Below, piece after piece: positions 18,301 through 28,685 of a stretch of DNA of 64,000 bases; positions within the stretch are counted from its first letter, which is position 1, and every line of letters begins with the position of its first letter. Made by a program: the position numbers and the translations under genes. The notes beneath the pieces are model-generated. The model was not told where the DNA came from. It ran no database searches and saw only the letters and a program-made list of their open reading frames with translations. Source of the DNA: Bacteroidota bacterium (lineage in GTDB: Bacteria > Bacteroidota > Bacteroidia > Flavobacteriales_D > Sanyastnellaceae); the NCBI GenBank assembly GCA_039798265.1, contig JBDKGH010000139.1, positions 6,558 through 70,557 on the forward strand, in the 5' to 3' direction.

Positions 18301-21300
18301 ATGGGAATGAATAAAAAATACTGGACCGGAATGGAAGAGCTGGATAATACACCAGCCTTTCAGGAAGCGATCACTTCAGAGTTTAAAAGCGATCAGCGTG
18401 TTGAAGATTTTCTCGCTAGCGACAAGCTAAAGGAAACCAATACAGGCCGTCGTGACTTCCTCAAGTTCATGGGCTTTAGCGTAGCAGCTGCTACACTTGC
18501 GGCTTGTGAAACGCCTGTAGTGAAGAGTATTCCTTACGTTGTGAAACCGGAAGAAATTACTCCGGGTATCGCTAACTTTTATGCATCTACCTACTATGAT
18601 GGGTATGACTATGCAAATATTTTGGTAAAAACCCGCGAAGGTCGTCCTATCTTCATAAAGGGTAACAAAGACTTTGGTTTGAGCGGCGGTTCTACCGGCT
18701 CTCGTATCAATGCCTCTGTACTCGGATTGTATGATGGTGCACGTTTGAAGGGACCAAGAAAGGGTGGCGCTGACACCGATTGGAAAACGGTTGATACCGA
18801 TGTAAAAGCTGCATTGGCTTCTGCATCAAGCATCCGTATTCTTTCTAATACGATCATCAGCCCATCTACTACCCGCGCTATTTCTGAGTTCTCTGCGAAG
18901 TATGCCGGTAAAGTAAAGCACGTACAATACGATACATATTCACACAGTGGTATGACAGCTGCTAACCAAAGTTCATTTGGCAAAGCTGTTATTCCTACTT
19001 ATGATTTCAGCAAAGCACGCGTGATCGTGAGCATTGGCGCTGATTTCTTAGGTACATGGTTGACTTCTTCGATTTACCAAGCTGATTACGCAAAAGGTCG
19101 TCGTCCTGAAAATGGATGGATGAGTAAGCACTATCAGTTTGAGTCGGTGATGACCTTGACTGGATCTAACAGCGATGTTCGCATTCCTGTGAAACCTTCT
19201 CAAGAAGGCGCAGTAGCAGCGGCGATCTACGGTGCAGTTACTGGCGGAAATGCAGGTAAAGTGGACGGTGTAGATGCTGGCATGATCAACAAAATTGCAA
19301 GCGAATTAAAAGCTAACGGCGGTGCCTCATTGGTTGTAGCTGGTAGCAATGATCCAAATGTCCAAATTATCGTCAATGCCATCAACCAAGCGTTGAACAA
19401 CTACGGTAAGACATTGGATGTGAATAAAGGCTTGAACCTTTATCAAGGTAAAGACGCTGAAGTAGCGGCTTTGGTAGAAGAGATGAACGCAGGTAAAGTG
19501 GATGTTTTGATCACCTACGGCGTTAATCCTTCTTACTCTTGGGTAGATACTGAGAAGTTTAACGCTGGTTTGGCCAAAGTGAAAACTTCCGTTTCATTCG
19601 CGTTGTATGCTGATGAGACAGCTTCACGCTCTACCATCATGGCCCCAGACCATCATTACCTCGAGTCATGGAACGATTTCGCTCCTATGGCTGGACGTAT
19701 CGATTTGTCGCAACCTACCATCACTCCTCTTTACAAAACACGTTACGCTCAAGAAAGCTTATTGACTTGGGCAGATAACTCAACTGCATACTACGATTAT
19801 ATCCGTGCTACTCACAACGGTGCCTATACACCAGCGTTGATGAAAACGGATAACAACTGGCACATGGCTGTTCACAACGGTACATTTGCAGGTAACGTGG
19901 AAATTCTAGCTGCGCCAGTGGCTGCAGTTGCTGAAGGTTCAACTCCAGAGGCTCCTGTAAATGCAGCTCCTGTAATGGCTGCGGCTCCAGTGGCTGAAGC
20001 GGTGGTAGCACCATCTACGATCAATGTATCGGATGCGATTGCCGCAGTGAGCGCTGCAAAAGCAGGTCAATGGGAGGTAAGCTTGTACCAAAAAGTGACC
20101 ATGGGTCTAGGTGCTCAAGCAAACAACCCTATTCTTCAAGAAACACCAGATCCTATCACCAAAACTACTTGGGACAATTATGTGACCATGTCACCGCTGG
20201 ATTGTAAAGAAATGGGTCTTAACGTTTACATCGCACAGGACGATCCAGCATCGGTGGTGACTGTAACTGTAAACGGAAAAGCATTAGATATGCCTGTATT
20301 CCCAACACCAGGACAAAAGCGTGGTACCATCGGTATCGCTTTGGGTTATGGACGTGGTGCAGGTCAAGAAGAAATCGGAAAATCAGCATTCCAAGTAGAT
20401 CGCCATGGCGACTACATCATGGATGGTGATAAAAAGACTCCGATCGGTAAAAATGTTTATCACTTCGCTTCTGTAAAGAACGGTCATGTAAGCTACAGTT
20501 CATCTGATGTAACCATCGCTGCTACTGGAGCTACGTTCCCGATCGCTACTACACAAATGCACAACACCGTAATGGGTCGTGAGTCTGTAGTAAAAGAAAC
20601 AACATTGTCTGGTTTCTTAGCAGAAAAGGATAAGAAGAAAGGAGAAGCAACTTGGAATTTGGCTCCAACACTTCCTGTTCACGAAGATGTAAATGGTGAT
20701 GGTACCATCAACGCACAAGACCGAGTTCACGTTCGTGAAATGGATTTGTGGGCTGCTCACCCAGTAGAGGGAGTAGGTCATCGTTGGGGTATGACTATCG
20801 ATTTGAGTTCATGTATCGGTTGTGGTTCTTGTATCACAGCTTGTCATACTGAAAATAACGTTCCTGTGGTAGGTAAAGACGAAGTTCGTCGTCACCGTGA
20901 TATGCATTGGATGCGTATCGACCGCTACTTTACTTCAGACTTCGAAACACTCGAGGCTACGAAAGAAGGTAAAGGATTAGGAACAATCGCTGCTTATGGC
21001 GATATGGAAGTACCAGAGGAAAATCCTCGCACTGTTCACATGCCAATGATGTGTCAACACTGTAATCACGCACCATGTGAAACAGTTTGTCCAGTTGCTG
21101 CTACAACTCACAGCAATGAAGGTTTGAACAACATGGCTTACAACCGTTGTATTGGTACTCGTTACTGCGCTAACAACTGTCCTTACAAAGTACGTCGCTT
21201 CAACTGGTTCAACTATGTGACCAGCGACAAGTTTGCTCAATTCAACCCAGCACAAGACGAGTCATTGCGTATGGTACTCAACCCAGACGTAACAGTTCGT

Positions 21301-21588
21301 ACACGCGGTGTAATGGAGAAATGTAGCATGTGTCAACAACGTATCCAAGCAGGTAAGTTGGATGCTAAAAAAGCAGGTACTCCAGTACAAGACGGTAGCA
21401 TTGTAACTGCATGTGCGGAAGCATGTCCAACCAATGCAATTGTGTTTGGTGACTTGAATGATACAAAATCTAACAATGCGTCACGCGCGGTGAATAATCG
21501 CTCATACCATGCATTGGAAGAAGTTGGTATCCAGCCAAACATCTACTACATGACCAAGGTTCGTAACATCGAAGAAACAGAAGCCTAA
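18301..21588 (+). CDS. actB: alternative complex III subunit ActB (molybdopterin-oxidoreductase-like domain fused to a 4Fe-4S cluster domain)
   Basis: It has the Tat signal RRDFLKFMGFSVAAATLAAC and multiple Cys clusters (CIGCGSCITAC, CQHCNHAPCETVCP, CIGTRYCANNCP). 1095 aa. Confidence 0.9.
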   Translation: MGMNKKYWTGMEELDNTPAFQEAITSEFKSDQRVEDFLASDKLKETNTGRRDFLKFMGFSVAAATLAACETPVVKSIPYVVKPEEITPGIANFYASTYYDGYDYANILVKTREGRPIFIKGNKDFGLSGGSTGSRINASVLGLYDGARLKGPRKGGADTDWKTVDTDVKAALASASSIRILSNTIISPSTTRAISEFSAKYAGKVKHVQYDTYSHSGMTAANQSSFGKAVIPTYDFSKARVIVSIGADFLGTWLTSSIYQADYAKGRRPENGWMSKHYQFESVMTLTGSNSDVRIPVKPSQEGAVAAAIYGAVTGGNAGKVDGVDAGMINKIASELKANGGASLVVAGSNDPNVQIIVNAINQALNNYGKTLDVNKGLNLYQGKDAEVAALVEEMNAGKVDVLITYGVNPSYSWVDTEKFNAGLAKVKTSVSFALYADETASRSTIMAPDHHYLESWNDFAPMAGRIDLSQPTITPLYKTRYAQESLLTWADNSTAYYDYIRATHNGAYTPALMKTDNNWHMAVHNGTFAGNVEILAAPVAAVAEGSTPEAPVNAAPVMAAAPVAEAVVAPSTINVSDAIAAVSAAKAGQWEVSLYQKVTMGLGAQANNPILQETPDPITKTTWDNYVTMSPLDCKEMGLNVYIAQDDPASVVTVTVNGKALDMPVFPTPGQKRGTIGIALGYGRGAGQEEIGKSAFQVDRHGDYIMDGDKKTPIGKNVYHFASVKNGHVSYSSSDVTIAATGATFPIATTQMHNTVMGRESVVKETTLSGFLAEKDKKKGEATWNLAPTLPVHEDVNGDGTINAQDRVHVREMDLWAAHPVEGVGHRWGMTIDLSSCIGCGSCITACHTENNVPVVGKDEVRRHRDMHWMRIDRYFTSDFETLEATKEGKGLGTIAAYGDMEVPEENPRTVHMPMMCQHCNHAPCETVCPVAATTHSNEGLNNMAYNRCIGTRYCANNCPYKVRRFNWFNYVTSDKFAQFNPAQDESLRMVLNPDVTVRTRGVMEKCSMCQQRIQAGKLDAKKAGTPVQDGSIVTACAEACPTNAIVFGDLNDTKSNNASRAVNNRSYHALEEVGIQPNIYYMTKVRNIEETEA

Positions 21589-21594
21589 GCAGCT

Positions 21595-22971
21595 ATGATA
21601 AAAGAAGCTTCCATTCGTAAACCCCTCATTTTAGGTCATAAGACCTATCATGATATCACCAACGACATTGTTGGACCAATCGAAGGCCCAGCACATCGTC
21701 CATGGAAAATTGCAATCACCCTTGCAGCAATCGTTGCTCTTTACGGAGTAGGCTGTATTTTCTACCTTGTTGGTACCGGTATCGGTGCTTGGGGTATGAA
21801 CAAGACAGTAGGTTGGGCTTGGGACATCACCAACTTCGTATGGTGGGTGGGTATCGGTCACGCTGGTACTTTGATCTCAGCGGTATTGTTGTTGTTCCGT
21901 CAACGTTGGCGCATGGCGATCAACCGTTCAGCGGAGGCGATGACCATCTTCGCCGTAATGATGGCGGCCATTTTCCCGGTATTCCACATGGGACGTGTAT
22001 GGATGGCCTATTGGACCTTACCATTGCCTAACCAATTTGGTTCTTTGTGGCCAAACTTCAACTCAGCGTTGATGTGGGACGTATTTGCGATCTCTACATA
22101 CTTCTCTGTATCGTTGGTGTTTTGGTACATCGGTTTGGTTCCAGATTTTGCGACTATTCGCGACCGTATGGTGAAACCACGCATGAAAAAGATCTACGGA
22201 ATTTTGAGTTTCGGTTGGTCTGGTCGTGCGAAGCATTGGACACGATTCGAAGAAGTTTCGTTGGTATTAGCGGGTATTGCTACTCCTCTAGTATTCTCGG
22301 TTCACTCGATCGTATCCATGGACTTTGCTACTTCGGTAATTCCAGGATGGCACGCTACCATCTTCCCTCCATACTTCGTATCGGGTGCGATCTTCTCAGG
22401 TTTCGCCATGGTATTAACGCTTCTTTTGATCATGCGTAAAACCATGGGTCTCGAAGCTTACATCCACATGAAGCACATGGAATACATGAACATCGTAATC
22501 ATCGTTACGGGTTCTATCGTAGGTGTGGCTTACTTAACAGAGCTTTTCATTTCATGGTACAGCGGAGTTGAATACGAATCGTATGCGTTCATCAACCGTT
22601 TCTCTGGACCTTATAGCTGGTCTTATTGGTTGATGATGACGTGCAACGTAATCAGCCCACAGTTGTTCTGGTTCAAAAAGATCCGTACTTCATTCACCGC
22701 AACATTCTTGTTGTCGATTGTAGTAAACATCGGTATGTGGTTTGAGCGTTTCGTAATCATCGTGACTTCTATTCACCGTGACTATACGCCAGCTGCATGG
22801 GGTGAGCTTCACCCGACCAGCATCGATATCGGATTGTTCATTGGTACAATCGGTATTTTCTTCACCTTGTTCTTATTGTTTGCGCGTTACTTCCCTGTAT
22901 TAGCGTTGAACGAATTGAAGACCATCTTGAAGGTATCAGGAGAAAGCTATAAAAACGACCACAAGCACTAA
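21595..22971 (+). CDS. actC: alternative complex III subunit ActC (NrfD/PsrC-like quinol-interacting membrane subunit)
   Basis: 458 aa polytopic protein in the operon position after actB, with NrfD-like helices. Confidence 0.85.
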   Translation: MIKEASIRKPLILGHKTYHDITNDIVGPIEGPAHRPWKIAITLAAIVALYGVGCIFYLVGTGIGAWGMNKTVGWAWDITNFVWWVGIGHAGTLISAVLLLFRQRWRMAINRSAEAMTIFAVMMAAIFPVFHMGRVWMAYWTLPLPNQFGSLWPNFNSALMWDVFAISTYFSVSLVFWYIGLVPDFATIRDRMVKPRMKKIYGILSFGWSGRAKHWTRFEEVSLVLAGIATPLVFSVHSIVSMDFATSVIPGWHATIFPPYFVSGAIFSGFAMVLTLLLIMRKTMGLEAYIHMKHMEYMNIVIIVTGSIVGVAYLTELFISWYSGVEYESYAFINRFSGPYSWSYWLMMTCNVISPQLFWFKKIRTSFTATFLLSIVVNIGMWFERFVIIVTSIHRDYTPAAWGELHPTSIDIGLFIGTIGIFFTLFLLFARYFPVLALNELKTILKVSGESYKNDHKH

Positions 22972-22983
22972 GAGATACGACCT

Positions 22984-23517
22984 ATGGCAAACAAAGTATT
23001 CCACGTAATGTACGACGACGACCAAAAGTTGATGGACGCTGCTCGTGCACTCGTAGCTCAGGGTATCCGAGTTAAGGATGTATTTTCCCCATTCCCAGTT
23101 CACGGATTAGATCCAGTGATTGGAGTAAAAAGAACACGTTTGGCAATTTGTTCTTTCATGTATGCCACTACCGGAACGCTTTTGGCGATTTTGGGAACAT
23201 GGTATTTCATGATTCATGACTGGCCAATGAACATTGGTGGTAAGCCAAGTTTCAGCTGGATTGAAAACGCTCCTGCGTTCGTTCCAGTAATGTTCGAATT
23301 TTCAGTATTGTGTGGTGCACACGGTATGGCTATTACTTACTTCTTGCGTAATGGTACCCTACCAGGTATGCCAGCTGACAATCCAGATCCTCGTACAACA
23401 GACGATAAGTTTGTGATGGAGATTGTTACTGAACAAAACGGATCGATGAGTCCTTCAGAAATTGAAGAGAAGATTCGCACAACAGATGTATACGAACTTA
23501 GCATTAAGGAGTACTAA
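22984..23517 (+). CDS. actD: alternative complex III subunit ActD (DUF3341-like)
   Basis: 177 aa with a soluble N-terminal domain and two TM helices, in the conserved position between actC and actE. Confidence 0.75.
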   Translation: MANKVFHVMYDDDQKLMDAARALVAQGIRVKDVFSPFPVHGLDPVIGVKRTRLAICSFMYATTGTLLAILGTWYFMIHDWPMNIGGKPSFSWIENAPAFVPVMFEFSVLCGAHGMAITYFLRNGTLPGMPADNPDPRTTDDKFVMEIVTEQNGSMSPSEIEEKIRTTDVYELSIKEY

Positions 23518-23518
23518 G

Positions 23519-24220
23519 ATGATTCGCCCTCTTTATATCGTAGCTGGAATGGTGTCAACCGCAATGGTTTTCACTGCCTGCACGTCAGACCCCAATGCTC
23601 CGGGTGTGGAGTATATGCCTGATATGTACCGTTCACCAGCCATTGAAGCGTATGTAGATTACGGTTCTAATGAGCACATGGACTGGACACAGGAAATGAA
23701 AGACGCTAATGGTGTAGTAACCGTGCTTTCGCGCAAGCCAGCACCGGGCACTATTCCTTACACTAGCGCTGATATGGCGAAATTTATGATGCCGTATCCG
23801 TTGAATGCTACTCCAGAAGACTATGAGCGCTCTGCTGTAGAGATCAAATCACCTTTGACTTCCACACAAGCGAACATTGAGAAAGGAAAAGCGATTTACA
23901 CGCAAATGTGCCAACACTGTCACGGAGCAGAAGGCCATGGCGATGGTAAAATTTCTACCAGTGGAAACATTCCTGGTATTCCCGATTACGCAACTAAGTT
24001 GAAAGATTTACCTGAAGGTAAAATGTACCATACCATCACTTACGGTAAAGGTTTGATGGGTTCACATGCGTCACAATTGAATCAATTGGAGCGTTGGCAG
24101 GTAATTGAGTGGGTAAAATGTCTTCAAAAAGGCATCACTGCACCTGCTTATGATGCTCAAGGAATGTTAACTGTTACCGCAGTGGCCGAGGCTGCACCTG
24201 CAGACTCAACCAAACAATAA
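23519..24220 (+). CDS. actE: alternative complex III subunit ActE, monohaem cytochrome c lipoprotein
   Basis: ATG at 23519 lies 1 nt after the actD stop. It has the lipobox FTAC and a single CQHCH motif. Confidence 0.8.
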   Translation: MIRPLYIVAGMVSTAMVFTACTSDPNAPGVEYMPDMYRSPAIEAYVDYGSNEHMDWTQEMKDANGVVTVLSRKPAPGTIPYTSADMAKFMMPYPLNATPEDYERSAVEIKSPLTSTQANIEKGKAIYTQMCQHCHGAEGHGDGKISTSGNIPGIPDYATKLKDLPEGKMYHTITYGKGLMGSHASQLNQLERWQVIEWVKCLQKGITAPAYDAQGMLTVTAVAEAAPADSTKQ

Positions 24221-24244
24221 TCATTTAACTGCGAAACGATCATT

Positions 24245-25489
24245 ATGGCACACGATAATAAAATGCAATTTCAGGTACCATCTAAAGCCAAGACTGTTTC
24301 AATGGCTTTAATGGCCATCGGTATTCTTGCCGCAGGTCTTGGTTGGGTTGCCGACAAAACGGATCATCACCAATACTGGTGGGCAAATTTGCTGATCAAT
24401 TCATTCTTCTATTTGGCCTTGGGTATGGGTGCATTGTTCTTCTACGCGTTACAATACGCGGCAGAAGTAGCATGGTCCGCTCAATTGAAGCGCATCTTCG
24501 AAGCAATGTTCTCTTACGTAAAAATCGGTTTCCCGATTATTTTAGTAGTGATCTTGTTGGGTCAACTTCATGTGCATCACTTGTATCATTGGATGGATTC
24601 TTCAGTTTATGATCCTGCCAATGCTAACTATGACAAAGTGATTGCTGGTAAGCATGCATATTTTAACATTCCCTTCTTCTGGGGTCGTGCTTTAGCCTAT
24701 GCAGCGGTATTTATTTTCTTCGCTAATTATTTCCGCAAGTGGTCTTTGAAAGAAGACGAAACGGGTGGAACAGATATTCACTATCTCATGTACCGCAAGA
24801 GCGCCGTGTTCTTGTTGTTCTTCGGTGTATTCTCATCAACCATGTCTTGGGACTGGTTAATGAGCATTGACACTCACTGGTACTCGACTATGTACGGTTG
24901 GTACATTTTCTCTGGTATGTGGGTAACAACAATGACGTTCGCTACGCTTTTAGTGATCTGGTTAAAAGGCCAAGGTTACTTGAGCAGCTTGAATGACTCT
25001 CACATTCACGACATGGGTAAATGGATGTTCGCTATTTCAATGTTGTGGAGCTACTTGTGGTTCTGCCAATACATGTTGATTTGGTACTCTGATATCCCAG
25101 AAGAGGTGACTTACTTCAAAGAGCGTTATGATCATTACATGACTGGAATGTGGGCGATTTTTGCAGTGAACTTTGCAGTGCCTTTCTATGTTTTGATTGC
25201 TCGTGATGCGAAACGTAATATGAAGTTCTTGACACGCGTTGGTATCATCATCTTCATTTCTCACTTCTTTGACTTGTACATGGCGGTTATTCCAGGTACT
25301 GTTCATGGTCACTTGTTGTGGGGATTCGGTGAAGGTCACCACATCACCTTCTCTTGGTGGTTCGAAATCGGAATGTTCTTGGGCTTCCTTGGTTTGTTCA
25401 TCAACATCGTTCTAGGTACGCTTAGCAAAGCCCGTTTGGTTCCTGCTAAACACCCATTCCTCGACGAGAGTGAGCATCATAGCATTTAA
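24245..25489 (+). CDS. actF: alternative complex III subunit ActF (second NrfD-like membrane subunit)
   Basis: 414 aa polytopic protein and the last act gene before the oxidase genes. Confidence 0.75.
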   Translation: MAHDNKMQFQVPSKAKTVSMALMAIGILAAGLGWVADKTDHHQYWWANLLINSFFYLALGMGALFFYALQYAAEVAWSAQLKRIFEAMFSYVKIGFPIILVVILLGQLHVHHLYHWMDSSVYDPANANYDKVIAGKHAYFNIPFFWGRALAYAAVFIFFANYFRKWSLKEDETGGTDIHYLMYRKSAVFLLFFGVFSSTMSWDWLMSIDTHWYSTMYGWYIFSGMWVTTMTFATLLVIWLKGQGYLSSLNDSHIHDMGKWMFAISMLWSYLWFCQYMLIWYSDIPEEVTYFKERYDHYMTGMWAIFAVNFAVPFYVLIARDAKRNMKFLTRVGIIIFISHFFDLYMAVIPGTVHGHLLWGFGEGHHITFSWWFEIGMFLGFLGLFINIVLGTLSKARLVPAKHPFLDESEHHSI

Positions 25490-25531
25490 TTGGTTTCTTG
25501 AAGTAGAACAGAAGTAAAAACAGGAATAGAA

Positions 25532-26794
25532 ATGAAACTATTAATCCTTTTGGTTGTAGTGTTGGGAATCATTGCGATTGCTCAATTGACCAAGGTGTAC
25601 GAATTGACTCGCTCATTGCGTAAAACGCGTGAAGAGGAAATTTCGAACGCAGATAATAAGATGAACGCATTTTTGATGATCGTGTGGATGATCGCGTTCT
25701 TCGCTGGTGTTATTTATCTCTACGTTCGTTATGGTGATTATTTACCAGAAGCGGCATCAGAACACGGTGTGAAGGTGGATCAGTTGATGAACATCAACAT
25801 CATCCTCATCACAATCGTTTTCTTCATCGTAAACTACCTTTTGTTTACCCTTTCATATCGCTTTTACTACCGCAAAGATCGTCGCGCACGTTTCTTCGCA
25901 CATGATAGCCGATACGAAATGGCTTGGACCTTGATCCCTGGAGTTACCATGGCTTTCATCATTGTTTATGGTTTGATCACTTGGAACAGCATGACAGGAG
26001 AAGCTTCTGCTGATGCCATTCAAATCGAAGTGTACTCTAAGCAATTTGACTGGACCGTACGTTACCCAGGTGACAACAAAACCTTTGGTGCGTCTGACTT
26101 CAACTTGATTGGTGGTACAAATGCCTTAGGTATGGTTACTCGCGAAGGTATTCGTGAGAAATTAGATACGCTAGATGCAGAAATCGAGGCCATCACTAAG
26201 CAGTTAGAAAACAACAAATCAATGCCTATCATGCCAGAAGCATGGGTAGAGTCGTTGGAAGATAAAATGTACCGTTTGCAACGCCACAAGCAACGTATCA
26301 TGGACCTTAGCGAGAATAAGGTAAATGGACTTAGCCAATGGGAAGCAGGTGCTGACGACAGAATTGTGAAAGGTGAATTACACATTCCAGTAGGAAAAGA
26401 GGTGGAGTTTATCTTCCGCTCACAGGACGTTATTCACTCGGCTTACATGCCTCACTTCCGTGCACAGATGAACACCGTACCTGGTGTACCAACACGATTC
26501 AAGATGACTCCAACCATCACTACTGCAGAAATGCGTAAGAAGATGGATAACGATGAATTTGATTACCTCCTACTTTGTAACAAAGTATGTGGTGCTGCTC
26601 ACTTTAACATGCAGATCAAAGTAATTGTTGAAGATGAAGCTAGCTATCAAGCTTGGTTGGCATCACAAAAAACATTCGCCGGCGCAGAAGCACCCGCTAC
26701 TGAGCCTGCAGCAGAAGACTCATCCTCTAAACCAGATAGTACACAGAAAGCGACAGCAGCTCCAGCAGGTGCTACAGCTATGTTGAAGAATTAA
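25532..26794 (+). CDS. coxB: cytochrome c oxidase subunit II (aa3-type, CuA motif, no haem c motif)
   Basis: It has two N-terminal TM helices. The cupredoxin domain carries CNKVCGAAHFNM (C-x3-C-x3-H-x2-M) and an upstream His (VIHSAYMPHF). A coiled-coil-like insert and an Ala/Pro/Ser tail are also present. Confidence 0.85.
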   Translation: MKLLILLVVVLGIIAIAQLTKVYELTRSLRKTREEEISNADNKMNAFLMIVWMIAFFAGVIYLYVRYGDYLPEAASEHGVKVDQLMNINIILITIVFFIVNYLLFTLSYRFYYRKDRRARFFAHDSRYEMAWTLIPGVTMAFIIVYGLITWNSMTGEASADAIQIEVYSKQFDWTVRYPGDNKTFGASDFNLIGGTNALGMVTREGIREKLDTLDAEIEAITKQLENNKSMPIMPEAWVESLEDKMYRLQRHKQRIMDLSENKVNGLSQWEAGADDRIVKGELHIPVGKEVEFIFRSQDVIHSAYMPHFRAQMNTVPGVPTRFKMTPTITTAEMRKKMDNDEFDYLLLCNKVCGAAHFNMQIKVIVEDEASYQAWLASQKTFAGAEAPATEPAAEDSSSKPDSTQKATAAPAGATAMLKN

Positions 26795-26814
26795 AATTTT
26801 AGAAGGAAAAAAAA

Positions 26815-28608
26815 ATGGGAGCACACGAAACTCACGGCCACGGTCACGACAATCACGGTCATCATCATCACGAAGAGTCCTTCGTTTCGAAGTACATCTT
26901 CTCACAAGACCACAAAATGATCTCTAAGCAGTTCTTAGTAACTGCGATCTTTATGGGTATCATTGCGGTAATGCTTTCGATTTTCTTCCGCCTACAATTA
27001 GGTTGGCCGGGTGAAAATTTCCAAATCCTTAACTTCTTCTTGGGCGACAAATGGGCTCCTGAAGGGGTATTGGACAAAAACGCATACCTCGCTTTAGTTA
27101 CTATTCACGGTACCATCATGGTATTCTTCGTATTGACAGGTGGACTGTCAGGTACGTTTGCGAACTTGCTTATTCCATTGCAGATCGGAGCACGCGATAT
27201 GGCTTCTGGTTTCTTGAATATGCTTTCATACTGGTTCTTCCTAGTGTCTTCTATCATCATGGTTGCTTCTCTCTTCGTAGAAGGCGGTGCAGCTTCAGGT
27301 GGTTGGACAATTTACCCACCACTATCCGCTTTGCCTCAGGCAATGCCAGGTTCTGGTACGGGTATGACACTTTGGTTGATCTCTATGGTACTTTTCGTAG
27401 CGTCATCACTTTTGGGTGGTTTGAACTACGTAGTAACCATTATTAACCTTCGTACAAAAGGTTTGAAAATGACCCGTCTTCCATTGACTGTTTGGGCTCT
27501 TTTGGTAACAGCTATCTTGGGTATTCTTTCTTTCCCAGTATTGGTATCAGCAGTAGTTCTTCTCTTGATGGACCGTGGTTTCGGTACTGCTTTCTACTTG
27601 TCTGATATTTTCATCCAAGGTGAAGCTCTCGACGTAACTGGTGGGTCACCCATTTTGTTCCAACACTTGTTCTGGTTCTTAGGTCACCCTGAGGTATACA
27701 TCGTATTGTTGCCAGCACTCGGTATCAGTTCTGAAATTCTTTCTACCAATGCACGTAAACCGATCTTCGGTTACAAAGCGATGGTAGGTTCAATTCTAGC
27801 CATTGGTTTCCTTTCGTTCATCGTTTGGGGTCACCACATGTTCATCACAGGTATGAATCCTTTCTTAGGTTCGGTATTCGTATTCACTACATTGTTGATC
27901 GCGATCCCCTCTGCGGTTAAAGCCTTCAACTATTTGGTAACCTTGTGGCAAGGTAACATCCGTTTCACACCAGGTATGTTATTCTCTATTGGTCTTGTTT
28001 CAACCTTCGTAACTGGTGGTTTAACAGGTATCATCCTTGCTGACTCGGCCTTGGACGTGAACGTTCACGATACCTACTTCGTAGTGGCCCACTTCCACAT
28101 TGTAATGGGTATGTCGGCTATCTTCGGTATGTTGGGTGGTGTTTATCACTGGTTCCCAAAAATGTTCGGTCGTATGATGAACACGAAGATGGGTTATGCT
28201 CACTTCTGGTTGACCATGATCTGCGGCTATGGTGTATTCTTCCCAATGCACTTCGTAGGTATTGCTGGTGCGCCTCGTCGTTACTACAGCTATTCAGAAT
28301 TCCCATTCTTAGATCAAGTAATGGATTTGAATCCTTTGATTTCAACTTTTGCCATCATCGGTGCTGCTGCTCAGTTGTTGTTTATCTTCAACTTCTTCCA
28401 CAGCATTTGGTATGGACAAGAGGCTACTCAGAACCCATGGGGTTCAAATACCCTCGAGTGGACAACGCCAGTGAAGCATATCCACGGCAACTGGCCTGGT
28501 GCAATTCCTGAAGTACACCGTTGGGCTTATGACTATTCTAACCCAGAGCACGAAGAAGACTTCGTTCCTCAGGTAGTTCCTTTGAAACCTGGAGAGCACG
28601 GTCACTAA
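26815..28608 (+). CDS. ctaD: cytochrome c oxidase subunit I
   Basis: 597 aa with haem-copper oxidase signatures (WFLGHPEVYIVLLP, HHMF, VAHFHIVM). The N-terminus is His-rich. Confidence 0.95.
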   Translation: MGAHETHGHGHDNHGHHHHEESFVSKYIFSQDHKMISKQFLVTAIFMGIIAVMLSIFFRLQLGWPGENFQILNFFLGDKWAPEGVLDKNAYLALVTIHGTIMVFFVLTGGLSGTFANLLIPLQIGARDMASGFLNMLSYWFFLVSSIIMVASLFVEGGAASGGWTIYPPLSALPQAMPGSGTGMTLWLISMVLFVASSLLGGLNYVVTIINLRTKGLKMTRLPLTVWALLVTAILGILSFPVLVSAVVLLLMDRGFGTAFYLSDIFIQGEALDVTGGSPILFQHLFWFLGHPEVYIVLLPALGISSEILSTNARKPIFGYKAMVGSILAIGFLSFIVWGHHMFITGMNPFLGSVFVFTTLLIAIPSAVKAFNYLVTLWQGNIRFTPGMLFSIGLVSTFVTGGLTGIILADSALDVNVHDTYFVVAHFHIVMGMSAIFGMLGGVYHWFPKMFGRMMNTKMGYAHFWLTMICGYGVFFPMHFVGIAGAPRRYYSYSEFPFLDQVMDLNPLISTFAIIGAAAQLLFIFNFFHSIWYGQEATQNPWGSNTLEWTTPVKHIHGNWPGAIPEVHRWAYDYSNPEHEEDFVPQVVPLKPGEHGH

Positions 28609-28630
28609 AAATCGACTCTTGATAATATTT

Positions 28631-28670
28631 GAAGTCCGCATTCGTAATTGAATGCGGACTTCTTTTTTTT
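28631..28670 (+). terminator. rho-independent terminator after ctaD
   Basis: gaagtccgcattc / gaatgcggacttc forms a 13-bp stem with a 6-nt loop, followed by T8. Confidence 0.85.
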
Positions 28671-28685
28671 GTACTAGCTCAAGAC

